DNA of 64,000 nt from positions 433,992 to 497,991 of the forward strand of contig JBBCGK010000001.1 of assembly GCA_037200965.1 (NCBI GenBank), written 5' to 3'. A program made the translations under genes and the position numbers. Of this stretch, positions 29,732 to 39,948 are shown in pieces. This DNA comes from a bacterium (GTDB lineage: Bacteria; Patescibacteriota; Minisyncoccia; Phycocordibacterales; Phycocordibacteraceae). A model generated the notes under the pieces. The model worked only from the letters and a program-made list of their open reading frames with translations, searched no databases and was not told the DNA's origin. Position 1 is the first letter of the stretch; each line of letters starts with the position of its first letter.

Positions 29732-31969
29732 ATGAAGAAAGCCAAGAAGAAAAATGTCGAGACGTACGAAACGCTGTTGCGGATCGCTGCGGCCATAGTA
29801 CTTCTCGCCCTTGGCGCGCTTATGGGACTTGCGGCGTTCGCGGACCTTGGCGGATCTCCTCTTGCGGGTCCAGTCGGCTCTACGATATTCGGGTTTGCGT
29901 ATCTTCTCGTCGGTATCGGCGCATTTCTTCTGCCGCTCCTTATGATTTGGCTTGGAATCTATGCGGGTTTCAGGCGTCCGCGCATCGCGCCCCTTACCGC
30001 AGCCGGTACCGCGCTCATCCTCGCTGCGGTGCTCGCTTTCGCCGGGCTGTTTTCCAAAACCGTCGGAGGCCTTGCAGGTGCTTCCCTTGGAGACGAACTT
30101 CAACAGTTCTTCGGATTTTGGGGGGCGCTTGTCCTGGTACTTGCGATAGCAGCTGCGGGGATCGTTATCGTAAGCGATGTGGCGGCCATAGTACGTGTAC
30201 TGGTAAACGCGCTCGCCGCGCTTGGCCGGGCAATCGGGAACGCGTGGCTTGCGGCGATTGCGCGCAGGCGCGAACGAAGGCTTGAGCGACAGGCGCAGGA
30301 GCTTGAAGACAACATTGCTACAGAATCTTCGGAAACGGAGGCCGAAGTGGCACCACAGGAAGTATCGGATGAGCTCGTCGAGCGAGACCCGCTCGTCACG
30401 ATGTTTAACGAAAGCCCGTCCCAAGCCCGTGCGGCGTCCCCCGGCGGCATCCCGAGCTTTGATGCCGAGTACGACGCCCCTCCCCTCTCACTCCTTGGGG
30501 GCGACAAGGGCAAGCCTGACGTAGGCGACATAAAGGCGAACGCCAATATCATCAAGCGCACGTTCCAAAATTTCGGCATTAACGTGGAGATGGACGAAGT
30601 ATCGGTTGGCCCTACCGTCACGCGCTACGCGATAAAACCGGCGGAAGGAGTGCGACTTTCAAAAATAATATCGCTCCAAAACAACCTTGAGCTTGCACTC
30701 GCCGCGCATCCCGTGCGCATCGAGGCGCCGATCCCAGGCAAGTCGCTTGTCGGTATCGAGGTCCCGAACGCCTCAAAAGCGACCGTGGGCCTCGGCGGCG
30801 TTATGGGCGCGCCGGAGTGGACCAAGAGCGCGAAGCCGCTTCTCGCGGCGCTTGGCCGTGATATCACCGGCACGCCGCACTACGTGAACATCGCGAAGAT
30901 GCCGCACGGACTTGTCGCGGGCGCGACCGGTTCCGGAAAGTCGGTTGCCATGCACGCAATCATCACTTCCCTGCTCTATCGGAACGGCCCGAACCAGCTG
31001 CGGTTCATCATGGTCGACCCGAAGCGCGTCGAGCTCACCCTCTATAACGGCATCCCCCACCTTCTCACGCCCGTCATCACCGACTCGAAGAAGGCGATCC
31101 TTGCGCTTAAGTGGGCGGCGAAGGAAATGGAACGCCGCTACAACATCCTCGAGGCCGAGACCGTGCGCGATATTGATTCCTATCACGCGACCGTCTTTGA
31201 GCCCGCAAAGAAACTTAAGGGCGAGGCGCGCCCGGAAGCGATGCCGTTCATTGTCATCGTCATCGACGAGCTCGCCGATATTATGCAGACCTATCCGCGG
31301 GAACTCGAAGCGGCTATCGTGCGCCTTGCGCAGATGAGCCGCGCCGTGGGCATCCACCTGGTCCTTTCGACACAGCGCCCTTCGGTGAATGTCATCACCG
31401 GCCTCATCAAGGCGAACGTGCCAACGCGTATGGCGCTTCAGGTGGCCTCGCAGATCGATTCGCGCACCATTCTCGACTCGGGCGGCGCCGAAATGCTTCT
31501 TGGCGCCGGGGACATGCTCTATCTCTCGGCCGATATGCAAAAGCCGGTACGCATCCAGACCGCCTATATAGGAGAGGGTGAAGTGAAGAAGGTGGTGCAG
31601 TATATAAAAAAGAACAATGCGGGCGATCTTTCTTCGCTTGACCTTGGAGGTACAGGCGGCGCATCTGAAGGCCCGAATGACGCGATCCTCATGGCGGGAG
31701 AAGATGACGACGTGGACGACGACCTCTACACACAGGCAAAGGCAGCGGTCGAAGAAGCGGGCCGGGCTTCCACGTCGTACCTGCAGCGCAAGCTCCGCAT
31801 CGGATATTCCCGCGCGGCCCGCCTCATGGATCTCCTTGAGGCCAAGGGGGTCATCGGCACTGCCGATGGCAGTAAGCCCCGAGAGGTGCTCACGGCAGCG
31901 GGAGCCGCGGCAGCCGCGTCTTCCGCCGATCTCTCCCCTTCCGAAGATGAAGAACCGTCAGTCTTCTAG
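29732..31969 (+). CDS. ftsK: DNA translocase FtsK/SpoIIIE
   Basis: N-terminal TM domain; motor domain with Walker A GATGSGKS and HLVLSTQRPS; C-terminal gamma wHTH (…YLQRKLRIGYSRAARLMDLLE…). Confidence 0.85.
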   Translation: MKKAKKKNVETYETLLRIAAAIVLLALGALMGLAAFADLGGSPLAGPVGSTIFGFAYLLVGIGAFLLPLLMIWLGIYAGFRRPRIAPLTAAGTALILAAVLAFAGLFSKTVGGLAGASLGDELQQFFGFWGALVLVLAIAAAGIVIVSDVAAIVRVLVNALAALGRAIGNAWLAAIARRRERRLERQAQELEDNIATESSETEAEVAPQEVSDELVERDPLVTMFNESPSQARAASPGGIPSFDAEYDAPPLSLLGGDKGKPDVGDIKANANIIKRTFQNFGINVEMDEVSVGPTVTRYAIKPAEGVRLSKIISLQNNLELALAAHPVRIEAPIPGKSLVGIEVPNASKATVGLGGVMGAPEWTKSAKPLLAALGRDITGTPHYVNIAKMPHGLVAGATGSGKSVAMHAIITSLLYRNGPNQLRFIMVDPKRVELTLYNGIPHLLTPVITDSKKAILALKWAAKEMERRYNILEAETVRDIDSYHATVFEPAKKLKGEARPEAMPFIVIVIDELADIMQTYPRELEAAIVRLAQMSRAVGIHLVLSTQRPSVNVITGLIKANVPTRMALQVASQIDSRTILDSGGAEMLLGAGDMLYLSADMQKPVRIQTAYIGEGEVKKVVQYIKKNNAGDLSSLDLGGTGGASEGPNDAILMAGEDDDVDDDLYTQAKAAVEEAGRASTSYLQRKLRIGYSRAARLMDLLEAKGVIGTADGSKPREVLTAAGAAAAASSADLSPSEDEEPSVF

Positions 31970-31984
31970 GGCGCCGAAGACGCC

Positions 31985-32311
31985 ATGCTAGTCCGTATAG
32001 CTATCCCCCTGGTACTTCTCGCCATTCTTGGCTTCGGGGTCGTGAAAGGACTGCCGCTTGTCCTCGGGCCCCGCATCGTCCTTTCTTCCCCCGCAGACGG
32101 GGCCGTTATTCCCGACGGATTCCTCGTGGTCTCCGGCACCGCGTACCGGATCGACTCGCTCACCCTCAACGGCGCAAAGATTCTCCCGGAGGCCAGCGGG
32201 CACTTCGAGAAGCTCCTGGTACTCCCTTCGGGGCATACTATACTGTCCCTGACCGCCGCCGACCGCTTCGGGAGGTCCACGATCCTTCGCCGCACGGTCG
32301 TCGTTCCGTAG
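31985..32311 (+). CDS. Small membrane-anchored hypothetical protein (108 aa)
   Basis: N-terminal hydrophobic helix; 16 nt after ftsK. Confidence 0.4.
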   Translation: MLVRIAIPLVLLAILGFGVVKGLPLVLGPRIVLSSPADGAVIPDGFLVVSGTAYRIDSLTLNGAKILPEASGHFEKLLVLPSGHTILSLTAADRFGRSTILRRTVVVP

Positions 32312-32361
32312 TCCTTTGTTTCAGATTTATTTCATAACTTACCCGTTAGCCTTACGAAACC

Positions 32362-33411
32362 ATGGCCGCCAAGAAATCCGCAAAGACCGCAGAAAAAGAA
32401 AATCAGGCCGAAGGGGCCGCGCCTCAGTCCGACAAGCAGAAGTCTATCGACCGTGCGATCAAGGAAATCCAGACCAAGTTCGGCGATGAGGCCATCATGA
32501 CGTATGGCTCCACTTCCCCGGCAAAAATCGCATTCGTTCCGACGGGCTCGATCGGGCTCGACGCGGCGCTCGGGATCGGCGGGCTTCCCCGCGGCCGCAT
32601 CATCGAAATATACGGGCCAGAATCCTCAGGCAAGACGACGCTTGCGCTCCATGTGATAAGCGAAGCACAGAAGCTTGGCGGCATCTGCGCGTTCGTCGAC
32701 GCCGAACATGCGCTTGATCCGGAATACGCACGCAGGATCGGCGTACGGCTCCAAGAGCTTTTGATATCGCAGCCGGATACCGGCGAACAGGCGCTCGAGA
32801 TCGTCGAGAGCCTCGTGCGCGCCGGCTCGGTCGACGTGATCGTGGTCGACTCGGTCGCCGCGCTTACCCCGAAAGACGAGATCGAGGGCGACATGGGACA
32901 GGCCCAGATGGGCAAGCAGGCCAGACTCATGTCCCAGGCGCTCAGGAAGCTCACGGCCATCACCGCGAAGTCGAAGACCATCATCATTTTCATCAACCAG
33001 ATCCGCATGCAGCTCGGCGTGATGTTCGGGAATCCCGAGACGACGACCGGCGGCAAAGCCCTCAAGTTCTATACTTCCGTGCGCCTCGACATCAGGCGCA
33101 TCGCATCCATCAAGAAGGGCGAAGAAGTTGTCGGCGGGAGGGTGCGGGTGAAGGTGGTGAAGAACAAGGTGGCGGCGCCCTTTAAGACCACCGAGTTCGA
33201 TCTCCTCTATAACGAAGGCATCAGCCGCGAAGGCGAGCTTATCGCGCTTGGTGAGAAGTATGAGCTCGTGCAGAAATCAGGCAATACGTACAAATTCGGC
33301 GAACAGAAGCTTGCCGTCGGGTACGATGCTTCGCGCACCTTCCTCAGGGAGAACAAGGCTATCGCGAACGATCTTCTGAAGCAGATCAGAGCGAAGCTTG
33401 CGGAGGGGTAA
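32362..33411 (+). CDS. recA: Recombinase RecA
   Basis: [12 protein letters not shown] (Walker A), [22 protein letters not shown], canonical length 349 aa. Confidence 0.9.
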   Translation: MAAKKSAKTAEKENQAEGAAPQSDKQKSIDRAIKEIQTKFGDEAIMTYGSTSPAKIAFVPTGSIGLDAALGIGGLPRGRIIEIYGPESSGKTTLALHVISEAQKLGGICAFVDAEHALDPEYARRIGVRLQELLISQPDTGEQALEIVESLVRAGSVDVIVVDSVAALTPKDEIEGDMGQAQMGKQARLMSQALRKLTAITAKSKTIIIFINQIRMQLGVMFGNPETTTGGKALKFYTSVRLDIRRIASIKKGEEVVGGRVRVKVVKNKVAAPFKTTEFDLLYNEGISREGELIALGEKYELVQKSGNTYKFGEQKLAVGYDASRTFLRENKAIANDLLKQIRAKLAEG

Positions 33412-33417
33412 ATTCTT

Positions 33418-34158
33418 ATGAGGGAAGGATACGTCGCTCCGAAGCAATCAGGTGAGACATCGCCTGAAATGCGGATTACCGCTTGTATCGGAGCAAAGGC
33501 GGATTTCGACCCGTACACACGAGCAGATATACACGATTTGGACGCCATCCCCGTCGACTATTACGGGAACACAAAAAAATGGAACCGCTTCAATCAACTT
33601 AATGGAGGCGAGGGTACCTATGTAATTTCGGCCATCGATGCAAGCAATAAGGAATCGAAAGATTATCTCGACTGTACCGGTCTTGCCGCCGTAGGCACGG
33701 ATAAGAGATCTGGTGAAACTGTTTCGCTTTTGACTCATCAAGACCCCAAACAGATCGTACAAGAACACCGCGATCGGTACATTGTCGATATGACATCGCG
33801 TTTAATGGAATTGCATGACAACTGCTCCCCTCATTCAATCGATGTGATGCTTTTTGGTGGAGCGGCAAGGAATTCCGAAGATATGAAAGGGTACCGAGAA
33901 TCAATTATGCTTCTAAGGAAACTGTGCGAAAAGACCCTAGGCATCGATCCGCATGTCGTAGTAGGACCGAACAATCCTGATTTTAATCAATGGGATTGGG
34001 AGGTTGGAGCGGTACTCGATACCAAGCATCGGCGACTTTATATTACTCGAGCGCCACAAGATACAGTTCGTGATGCCGAAACTAGTTTTGGATTCAAAGC
34101 TTCTGAACTCGAAAACGTCGAGAGGCGGTGGCGAAACCCTTCCAACGGAAAAACTTAA
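33418..34158 (+). CDS. Hypothetical protein (246 aa), noticeably lower GC than its neighbours
   Basis: Clean ORF 7 nt after recA; ~45% GC by eye against ~60% flanks; no recognisable domain; not RecX-like. Confidence 0.5.
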   Translation: MREGYVAPKQSGETSPEMRITACIGAKADFDPYTRADIHDLDAIPVDYYGNTKKWNRFNQLNGGEGTYVISAIDASNKESKDYLDCTGLAAVGTDKRSGETVSLLTHQDPKQIVQEHRDRYIVDMTSRLMELHDNCSPHSIDVMLFGGAARNSEDMKGYRESIMLLRKLCEKTLGIDPHVVVGPNNPDFNQWDWEVGAVLDTKHRRLYITRAPQDTVRDAETSFGFKASELENVERRWRNPSNGKT

Positions 34159-34177
34159 TGGGTATCGTTTAGAATTT

Positions 34178-34513
34178 CTAGGCTTGTACTGAAATAGCAG
34201 CAGAAAAAACAAACGCCCGCGCGGTCTCGCGCGCAAGATAGACAACCGCCACGAGCACGACGAGCGAAAGCAGCTGTACCGGCAGGCGTGTGTCAAGAAA
34301 TGCAGAGACCCAGAAGTGCATAAAGGCGTTTATATGCGCGAGCGACGGCGCGTTCGCAAATACCTTCGCCACCCACACTTCCCTGCCGATGCCGTAGAGC
34401 GCGAATGCGGCAAGAATAAGTGCCCCGGTCTCGAGGCTCAGGGCCATGCGCGAAGCGCGTATGATGCGCACCCGGCGCATCACGGTTTTCTGGATCGCAG
34501 AGGTTGGTTCCAT
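34178..34513 (-). CDS. Small membrane protein, candidate anti-sigma factor
   Basis: 111 aa with two hydrophobic helices, immediately downstream of the ECF sigma gene (14-nt gap). Confidence 0.35.
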   Translation of the reverse strand: MEPTSAIQKTVMRRVRIIRASRMALSLETGALILAAFALYGIGREVWVAKVFANAPSLAHINAFMHFWVSAFLDTRLPVQLLSLVVLVAVVYLARETARAFVFSAAISVQA

Positions 34514-34526
34514 ACGGAAAAGATAA

Positions 34527-35111
34527 CTAGCGCTGCTTGTTAAAAGTTTCCCTGAAAAGCTTCTTCGCCCGGTGTACCCGCGTCTTCACGGCCGAGACGC
34601 TCGCGCCTTCTATTCGCGCCATTTCCTCTTGGTTTTTTCCTTCAAGGAATTGGAGTCTCAAAAGCCTTGCGGCGGACTCCGGAAGCTTCGCGAGCGCCTG
34701 GAGCACCTCGTCCCTAGCGGTAAGGTCAGCAACGAAATCCTCGCGGTCGGCGATGCGCTCGAAGCTTTCGGGCTCTAACTCGGTGCGCACGCCCCGCTCG
34801 GCTTTCAGTTTCTGATACTTGGTATAGGCGACCCGGTTGAGGATGGCATACGCCCAGGAAGAGAAGCTCGCGCCCTCCTGGGCCTCATAGCGGTCGGCGT
34901 AGAGGTATATGCGGGTGAAGGCGTCCTGCACCGCCTCTTCCGCGTCCTCGTCGCTCCGGAGTATCGCTTTGGCCCGCCGGAGCAGGGGTGCCTCGTAGCG
35001 GGCGACGAGGATGGCGAAATGCTCGGGAGAACTTCGGGAAAGGACGAGTATCTCGGCGTCGGGAAGCTCGGGGGCCGCCTCTCTTGAAAAGCTCATAATA
35101 GCCTGTATCAT
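34527..35111 (-). CDS. ECF-type RNA polymerase sigma factor
   Basis: Region 2 (…VQDAFTRIYLYADRY…SWAYAILNR…) and region 4 HTH (…LQFLEGKNQEEMARIEGASVSAVKTRVHRAKK…). Confidence 0.75.
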   Translation of the reverse strand: MIQAIMSFSREAAPELPDAEILVLSRSSPEHFAILVARYEAPLLRRAKAILRSDEDAEEAVQDAFTRIYLYADRYEAQEGASFSSWAYAILNRVAYTKYQKLKAERGVRTELEPESFERIADREDFVADLTARDEVLQALAKLPESAARLLRLQFLEGKNQEEMARIEGASVSAVKTRVHRAKKLFRETFNKQR

Positions 35112-35186
35112 ACGCTACATCCGCGGGTCGGACATTTTTTATAACCGCCCTTCCCCGCCGTTAGTTTCAAGCACTAATCAATCCCT

Positions 35187-35762
35187 ATGGCAGTACTCAG
35201 CTACAACGAGATAGTCCCGAAGGTCGTGATCGAATACGAAGGCGCTCCGTACGAGGTGCTCTCCTCGCACGTGTTCCGCATGCAGATGAGGAAGCCCGTG
35301 AACCAGACCAAGCTCCGAAGCATGCTCACGGGCAAGGTCACCGAGATATCCTTTCACCAGAGCGAAACGGTCAAGGAAGCCGATATCTCGACTATGGAAG
35401 CGAACTATCTCTATACCAACCGCGGCCAGTCGTGGTTTGCCGAAACCGGCAACGCGAAGAACCGTTTCTTTTTCGAGGAGGACGCCGTATCTGACAAGGT
35501 GAAATACCTGGTCCCAAATTCGGAAGTCGAGATATTCCAATACGAGGGCAAGCAGGTCTCCGTGAAGATTCCGGTCAAGATCGATCTTAAAGTCACCGAC
35601 GCTCCCCCGGCCGTCAAAGGAAACACCGCCCAGGGCGGCAGCAAGCTCGTCACGCTTGAGAGCGGGGCGACCGTAAACGTTCCGCTCTTCATAAACGAGG
35701 GGGATATCCTCCGCCTCAACACGGACACGGGCGAATACGTGGAACGGGTCGAGAAAGCGTAA
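35187..35762 (+). CDS. efp: Elongation factor P
   Basis: Three-domain EF-P pattern including ...KGNTAQGGSKLVTLESGATVNVPLFINEGD... Confidence 0.85.
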   Translation: MAVLSYNEIVPKVVIEYEGAPYEVLSSHVFRMQMRKPVNQTKLRSMLTGKVTEISFHQSETVKEADISTMEANYLYTNRGQSWFAETGNAKNRFFFEEDAVSDKVKYLVPNSEVEIFQYEGKQVSVKIPVKIDLKVTDAPPAVKGNTAQGGSKLVTLESGATVNVPLFINEGDILRLNTDTGEYVERVEKA

Positions 35763-35765
35763 AGC

Positions 35766-35797
35766 GAAATGGCGGGACCCCGGGGTCCCGCCATTTA
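35766..35797 (+). terminator. Hairpin terminator after efp (AAATGGCGGGACCCC/GGGGTCCCGCCATTT)
   Basis: Perfect 15-bp palindrome 4 nt after the efp stop. Confidence 0.55.
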
Positions 35798-35817
35798 CTG
35801 CAGCTCCGTTTCTTCGA

Positions 35818-36369
35818 TCATCGTGACCTCCGGCCGGTCCGAACGGTCACGGAAGAGTCCGAAGCGACGAACGTCAGTCCGTCAGGCGTAAGCGCGTAGG
35901 GAAGGAGGAAATATGATTTTCCCTGCGGTACGCCATATTCGCCTTCCCGTCCGAACCATTGCGAGCGAATACCAAAGACGGTGAAAACCCGCGCGACCGC
36001 GATTACGCGGCACGCTCCCGCGCCGGAGATCGCGACAAATCGCGCTCTTGCTACGCGTAGCGATACCGCATGCTCGAGCCTCTGCGTCATGTCGTGCCGA
36101 GCTACCGCTTGAACGACTGGTTCCGGCCATTTCAAACATTCAGCCGCTTTCACGCTTGCCGCCCGAATCTCGGCTACAGTCAATCGCCCGCCGACCGCTG
36201 ACGGGCGATCATACAGGTCGACAGACCAATCAAGCGCCATGATGAACATCATCCCGAGCGTGAATATGATGCTCGACCTCGGGATTGCCGCCTCTACTTC
36301 GGCAAGCAGTCTTTGCAACGTTTTGAGCCCAAGCACCGCAGCGCGCCGAGGCCAGGTTTGAATCCGCAT
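35818..36369 (-). CDS. Hypothetical protein (183 aa)
   Basis: ORF only; Arg/Ala-rich; no domain recognised; could be spurious. Confidence 0.3.
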   Translation of the reverse strand: MRIQTWPRRAAVLGLKTLQRLLAEVEAAIPRSSIIFTLGMMFIMALDWSVDLYDRPSAVGGRLTVAEIRAASVKAAECLKWPEPVVQAVARHDMTQRLEHAVSLRVARARFVAISGAGACRVIAVARVFTVFGIRSQWFGREGEYGVPQGKSYFLLPYALTPDGLTFVASDSSVTVRTGRRSR

Positions 36370-36460
36370 CGCTTTCGGGCCTCGTTAAGGTACGGGCGGC
36401 ACCCCGTGTGCCGCCGCTTCCTGAAGCGGAGAGTGCCACAGCAAAAATGTAAACGCAAGA

Positions 36461-36479
36461 AGGCGGTAAAAACCGCCTT
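36461..36479 (-). terminator. Hairpin terminator downstream of rpsR (AGGCGGT-AAAA-ACCGCCT followed by T-run on the minus strand)
   Basis: Stem-loop 23 nt after the rpsR stop. Confidence 0.5.
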
Positions 36480-36501
36480 CTTGTAGTTTGCCTAACGAGA
36501 A

Positions 36502-36708
36502 TTACGCCGCGAGGTACGGCATGAGGGCCATGTAGCGGGCGCGCTTTATCGCCTGCGTGATATCGCGCTGCTTTCCGGCCGGAAGTCCGGTGCGCTTTCT
36601 GGGGAGCATCTTCGCGTGCGGGCTCGTGAACTGGCGAAGATATTCCACATCCTTGTAATCGATGTGCTTCTTAAGCTCTACCTCTTCCCGTTCGGATTGA
36701 TATGCCAT
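36502..36708 (-). CDS. rpsR: 30S ribosomal protein S18
   Basis: ...RKRTGLPAGKQRDITQAIKRARYMALMPY. Confidence 0.85.
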   Translation of the reverse strand: MAYQSEREEVELKKHIDYKDVEYLRQFTSPHAKMLPRKRTGLPAGKQRDITQAIKRARYMALMPYLAA

Positions 36709-36718
36709 AGGTGATTAT

Positions 36719-37168
36719 TTAAAACGGAATGTCTTCCGGGTTGATGTCTTCGTCCGGGTACTGGATCTCGTCGGCGGGCGCGCCCTTGTCCTGGCTTCCC
36801 TCTCCCGCGCCCTCCTGGCCGCGGGTACCTCCGCCCATTCCGGCACCCGCAGGACCGAACTGGAAGTTCTCGACGACGATCTCGGAGCGGTACTTCTTCT
36901 GCCCTTCGCTCTCCCAGGAACGGGTCTGCATGCGGCCTTCGACGAAGATCGCCTTGCCTTTCTTCATGTACTGGCCGATAACTTCCGCCTGGCGGCCGAA
37001 CGCCACGATGTTATGGAACTCGGTCGACTCCTGCTTCGCCCCCTCCTTGTTCTTGTATGTACGGTTGGTCGCGATCGAAAACGACGCGACTTGCTGGCCC
37101 GAAGGGAGCGCGCGGAGTTCCGGATCGCGGGTGAGGTTGCCGTAGACGAAAGCTTTGTTGAGATACAT
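36719..37168 (-). CDS. ssb: Single-stranded DNA-binding protein
   Basis: OB-fold N-terminus (MYLNKAFVYGNLTRDPELR...), Gly-rich linker, acidic DIPF C-terminal tail. Confidence 0.85.
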   Translation of the reverse strand: MYLNKAFVYGNLTRDPELRALPSGQQVASFSIATNRTYKNKEGAKQESTEFHNIVAFGRQAEVIGQYMKKGKAIFVEGRMQTRSWESEGQKKYRSEIVVENFQFGPAGAGMGGGTRGQEGAGEGSQDKGAPADEIQYPDEDINPEDIPF

Positions 37169-37180
37169 CTGGGTAAGGTA

Positions 37181-37669
37181 TTAGACGGTCGTAGCCGTTT
37201 CAAGCGCCGCGTCGAGCTCGACTTCGGAGATGCCCTCCTCCTTTTGCGGAACCTGCATGCGGATAGAGCGCAGATCGGCCGCATGACGAGCGGCCTCACG
37301 GTCAGTCTTCACATCGATAAAGCGAATGATGCGCTTCTCTTCCCCCGCTTTCGAGATAACTGCAGCATGTCCTTCGCCTTTCGCTTCATATGCGATCCAT
37401 GCGAAGAACGCGCTGTTGAAGTCGCGGCGTCCGCCTACATCGCTTCTTGAGATGGTGTACGCGAGCGGGATACTTTCCGGCTCTCCCTCGGCAACGATCT
37501 CGCCTGCGGCTTCTGCCGCATCGCGGATGCCCTGATAGACCTTCTTCACTTCCTCGCTTGGAAGCTCGGGGTCGATATGGAAACCAAGCTCGTATACGCG
37601 GGCCTCGCCATCATCGATGTCGGCGTCGAATTCCGCGCTCTCCGCTGCCTGATCCTTCTTCTTGGCCAT
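37181..37669 (-). CDS. rpsF: 30S ribosomal protein S6 with an acidic N-terminal extension
   Basis: ...RVYELGFHIDPEL... S6 core; conserved rpsF-ssb-rpsR gene order. Confidence 0.8.
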   Translation of the reverse strand: MAKKKDQAAESAEFDADIDDGEARVYELGFHIDPELPSEEVKKVYQGIRDAAEAAGEIVAEGEPESIPLAYTISRSDVGGRRDFNSAFFAWIAYEAKGEGHAAVISKAGEEKRIIRFIDVKTDREAARHAADLRSIRMQVPQKEEGISEVELDAALETATTV

Positions 37670-37726
37670 AATAGGGGCATCCTAGCACGCTGCCCTACCC
37701 CTCGCAAGGCAGCTTTAAAGCGTAAA

Positions 37727-38542
37727 TCAGGCGAGCTTAAAGATCCGCCTGGCGTTTATAAGAAGCGCTTCGCGGACAGTTTCGACTTCCTCCCCGCGGA
37801 TGCGGGCGATGGCGGAGACGACATCCATGACGGCCAAAGGATCGTTCCTCTTCCCCCTGCGGGATGAGGGAGCGACGTAGGGAGAATCGGTTTCGGAGAG
37901 AAGGTGCGTAAGGGGCGCGGCGCGTACCACCTCGTCATAGTCGTGGGTAAAAGTGAGCACGGCCGTATAGGACGTAGTGAAATCAAGCGCGAAGAGCTTG
38001 CGCGCCTCTTCGATGCCGCCTACGAAGAAATGTACATTTCCGGTAAGGCGGTCTCCGTGCTCGCGCTTCGCGCTTTCGAGAATATCGATGAGATCGCTAT
38101 ATGCGTCGACCGTTCCCTTGGAAGGCCGCGCATGAATCATCAGGGGCTTCCCGGTCTCGGCTGCAAGCACGACATGGCTCTCGAATACCGCTCGCTGTTT
38201 TTTCTTCGCTTCGTCGCTTGTATCAACGGGGCGGAAATAGTCTAGCCCGCACTCCCCTATCGAAACTACCTTCGGGTGCGCGGCAAGCGAGCGGAAGGCC
38301 GTCTCGTCGAATCTTTCTTCGGGCGTGTCGTTCGGATGGAGTCCGACAGAGGCGTAGAAGTCGGGACGGCTCTCCACGAGGACTATCGCCTGCTCGGAAG
38401 ACTTCCGGTCGACGCCGACAACGATGCCGCCGACCTCATTCTCCGCAAGATTCTCGAAGAGCCTTCCTCGGTCCTCGTCGAACAGGTCGAACTGGACGTG
38501 GCAATGCGCATCGAAATACTTCATGCGGTTGAACGATAGCAT
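37727..38542 (-). CDS. tatD: TatD-family metal-dependent DNase/hydrolase
   Basis: YFDAHCHV…GLHPND…SIGECGLDY…MIHAR…HFFVGG…SETDSPY motifs. The start may be the Met at 38524. Confidence 0.75.
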   Translation of the reverse strand: MLSFNRMKYFDAHCHVQFDLFDEDRGRLFENLAENEVGGIVVGVDRKSSEQAIVLVESRPDFYASVGLHPNDTPEERFDETAFRSLAAHPKVVSIGECGLDYFRPVDTSDEAKKKQRAVFESHVVLAAETGKPLMIHARPSKGTVDAYSDLIDILESAKREHGDRLTGNVHFFVGGIEEARKLFALDFTTSYTAVLTFTHDYDEVVRAAPLTHLLSETDSPYVAPSSRRGKRNDPLAVMDVVSAIARIRGEEVETVREALLINARRIFKLA

Positions 38543-38558
38543 AAAAAGGTCTGAGTGA

Positions 38559-38594
38559 GTTGCACAACCTCCTTTTTACGAACGATCCTGCAGG
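38559..38594. repeat. Array repeat R1 (36 nt, perfect)
   Basis: Exact sequence match. Confidence 0.95.
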
Positions 38595-38603
38595 TTAAAA
38601 GCC

Positions 38604-38912
38604 GTGACTGATTTTCATCGAAAGCACGGCTACGACGTGGGGACCGGGAACATGGCGGTCATGTCGCTCAGAATTGGACTACTCATAGAAGAACTGGGTG
38701 AACTCCACGCCGTGGTTTCAAAGGGTGTTGGCGACATTTCAGAGGAACACGCAGACCTCTTGTATCTACTTCTTGGAAACTGCGTCACGCTTGGTATTGA
38801 TATAGAAACTGCTTTCTTTGCAAAACATGCCATTAACATGCGGAGGGAAGCCAAGGTAGTGAGGGGGAACCGCCGTGTATCGGATTGGTCCCATGAAAAA
38901 TCTCAGGAATGA
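38604..38912 (+). CDS. MazG-like nucleoside triphosphate pyrophosphohydrolase (MazZ-like)
   Basis: ...LIEELGELHAVVSKGVGDISEEHADLLYLLLGNCVTLGID... is the MazG EExxE/D helix pattern. ~100 aa; 4-nt overlap with the downstream PurA-like gene. Confidence 0.55.
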   Translation: MTDFHRKHGYDVGTGNMAVMSLRIGLLIEELGELHAVVSKGVGDISEEHADLLYLLLGNCVTLGIDIETAFFAKHAINMRREAKVVRGNRRVSDWSHEKSQE

Positions 38913-39940
38913 AAGCTACAGTCATCATCGGTGCGCAGTATGGCAGCGAAGGAAAAGGTAAGATTGCAGCTTATCTTTCAGATGAGTTCGCTCGTGCAGT
39001 TCGAACTGGCGGGCCAAACTCGGGGCATACCGTCGAGCGCAATGGCACGTTCTATCAAGTTCGAGCGGTCCCTAGTGCCTTCGTGAACCAACAATGTCGC
39101 CTCGCGATTGGTGCCGGGGCCATAATAAACACTGCCGTACTATTAGGAGAATTAACGGCATGTGGTATTGTCGAGGGGCGTTTGATAGTTGACCCTCAGG
39201 CTGTCATAATTGATGAAGAATATCAAAATTCGGAACTAGATTTAATCAGTTCGATTTCGTCCACCGGACAAGGCGTTGGTGCAGCAATCGCAGCTAAGGT
39301 CTTACGTCGGAAAGTAACTCTCGCAAGAGACGTGCCCGAGTTGCGGCCACTGCTTGCCGATGTTGCTGGCACGATCAATTCCGAACTCCAACAAGGCCTA
39401 GCTGTAATGATTGAGGGGTCGCAAGGATTTTTCTTGAGTTTGCATCATGGTTACTATCCGTTTGTAACAGGCAGGGAAACGACCGCAAGTTCATTTTGCG
39501 CCGAAGTAGGAATCGGTCCCAAAGATGTGGGTCAAGTGATTGGAGTTCTCCGCACCCACCCGATTAGAGTTGGCGGCCCTTCGGGACCTCTTCAAGACGA
39601 AATCGATTGGCAGACCGTCACCGCCGAGTCGGGCTACCCAACACCGCTGTTAGAGATAACTACCGTTACCAAACGAATTCGACGCGTCGGGAGGTTCTCA
39701 ATGGCCGAAGCTAAACGATCTTTGATGATCAATTCGGCGACCCAAATTGCTTTAAACTTCGTCGACTACTTGGACCATGCAAACTTTGGACTTAGAAGCT
39801 ACACCGCACTGACTGCTTCAACAAAAAAATTCATCGACGCACTAGAGACACAAACGGGAGTTCCCGTTTCGCTGGTGGGCACGGGGCCCCGTAACAGCGA
39901 TATGATAGACTTACGACGCGAAAAGAACCTCCCCCATTAG
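38909..39940 (+). CDS. Short adenylosuccinate-synthetase-family protein with GSEGKGK P-loop (PurZ-like, archaeal/phage type)
   Basis: GAQYGSEGKGKI (Ser where PurA has Asp13), GGPNSGHT, EGSQGFFLSLHHGYYPFVT, RVGGPSGP, TVTKRIRRVGRF, TGPRNSD. 343 aa, lacking the long bacterial PurA insertions. Confidence 0.65.
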   Translation: MKATVIIGAQYGSEGKGKIAAYLSDEFARAVRTGGPNSGHTVERNGTFYQVRAVPSAFVNQQCRLAIGAGAIINTAVLLGELTACGIVEGRLIVDPQAVIIDEEYQNSELDLISSISSTGQGVGAAIAAKVLRRKVTLARDVPELRPLLADVAGTINSELQQGLAVMIEGSQGFFLSLHHGYYPFVTGRETTASSFCAEVGIGPKDVGQVIGVLRTHPIRVGGPSGPLQDEIDWQTVTAESGYPTPLLEITTVTKRIRRVGRFSMAEAKRSLMINSATQIALNFVDYLDHANFGLRSYTALTASTKKFIDALETQTGVPVSLVGTGPRNSDMIDLRREKNLPH

Positions 39941-39948
39941 ATACCAGC

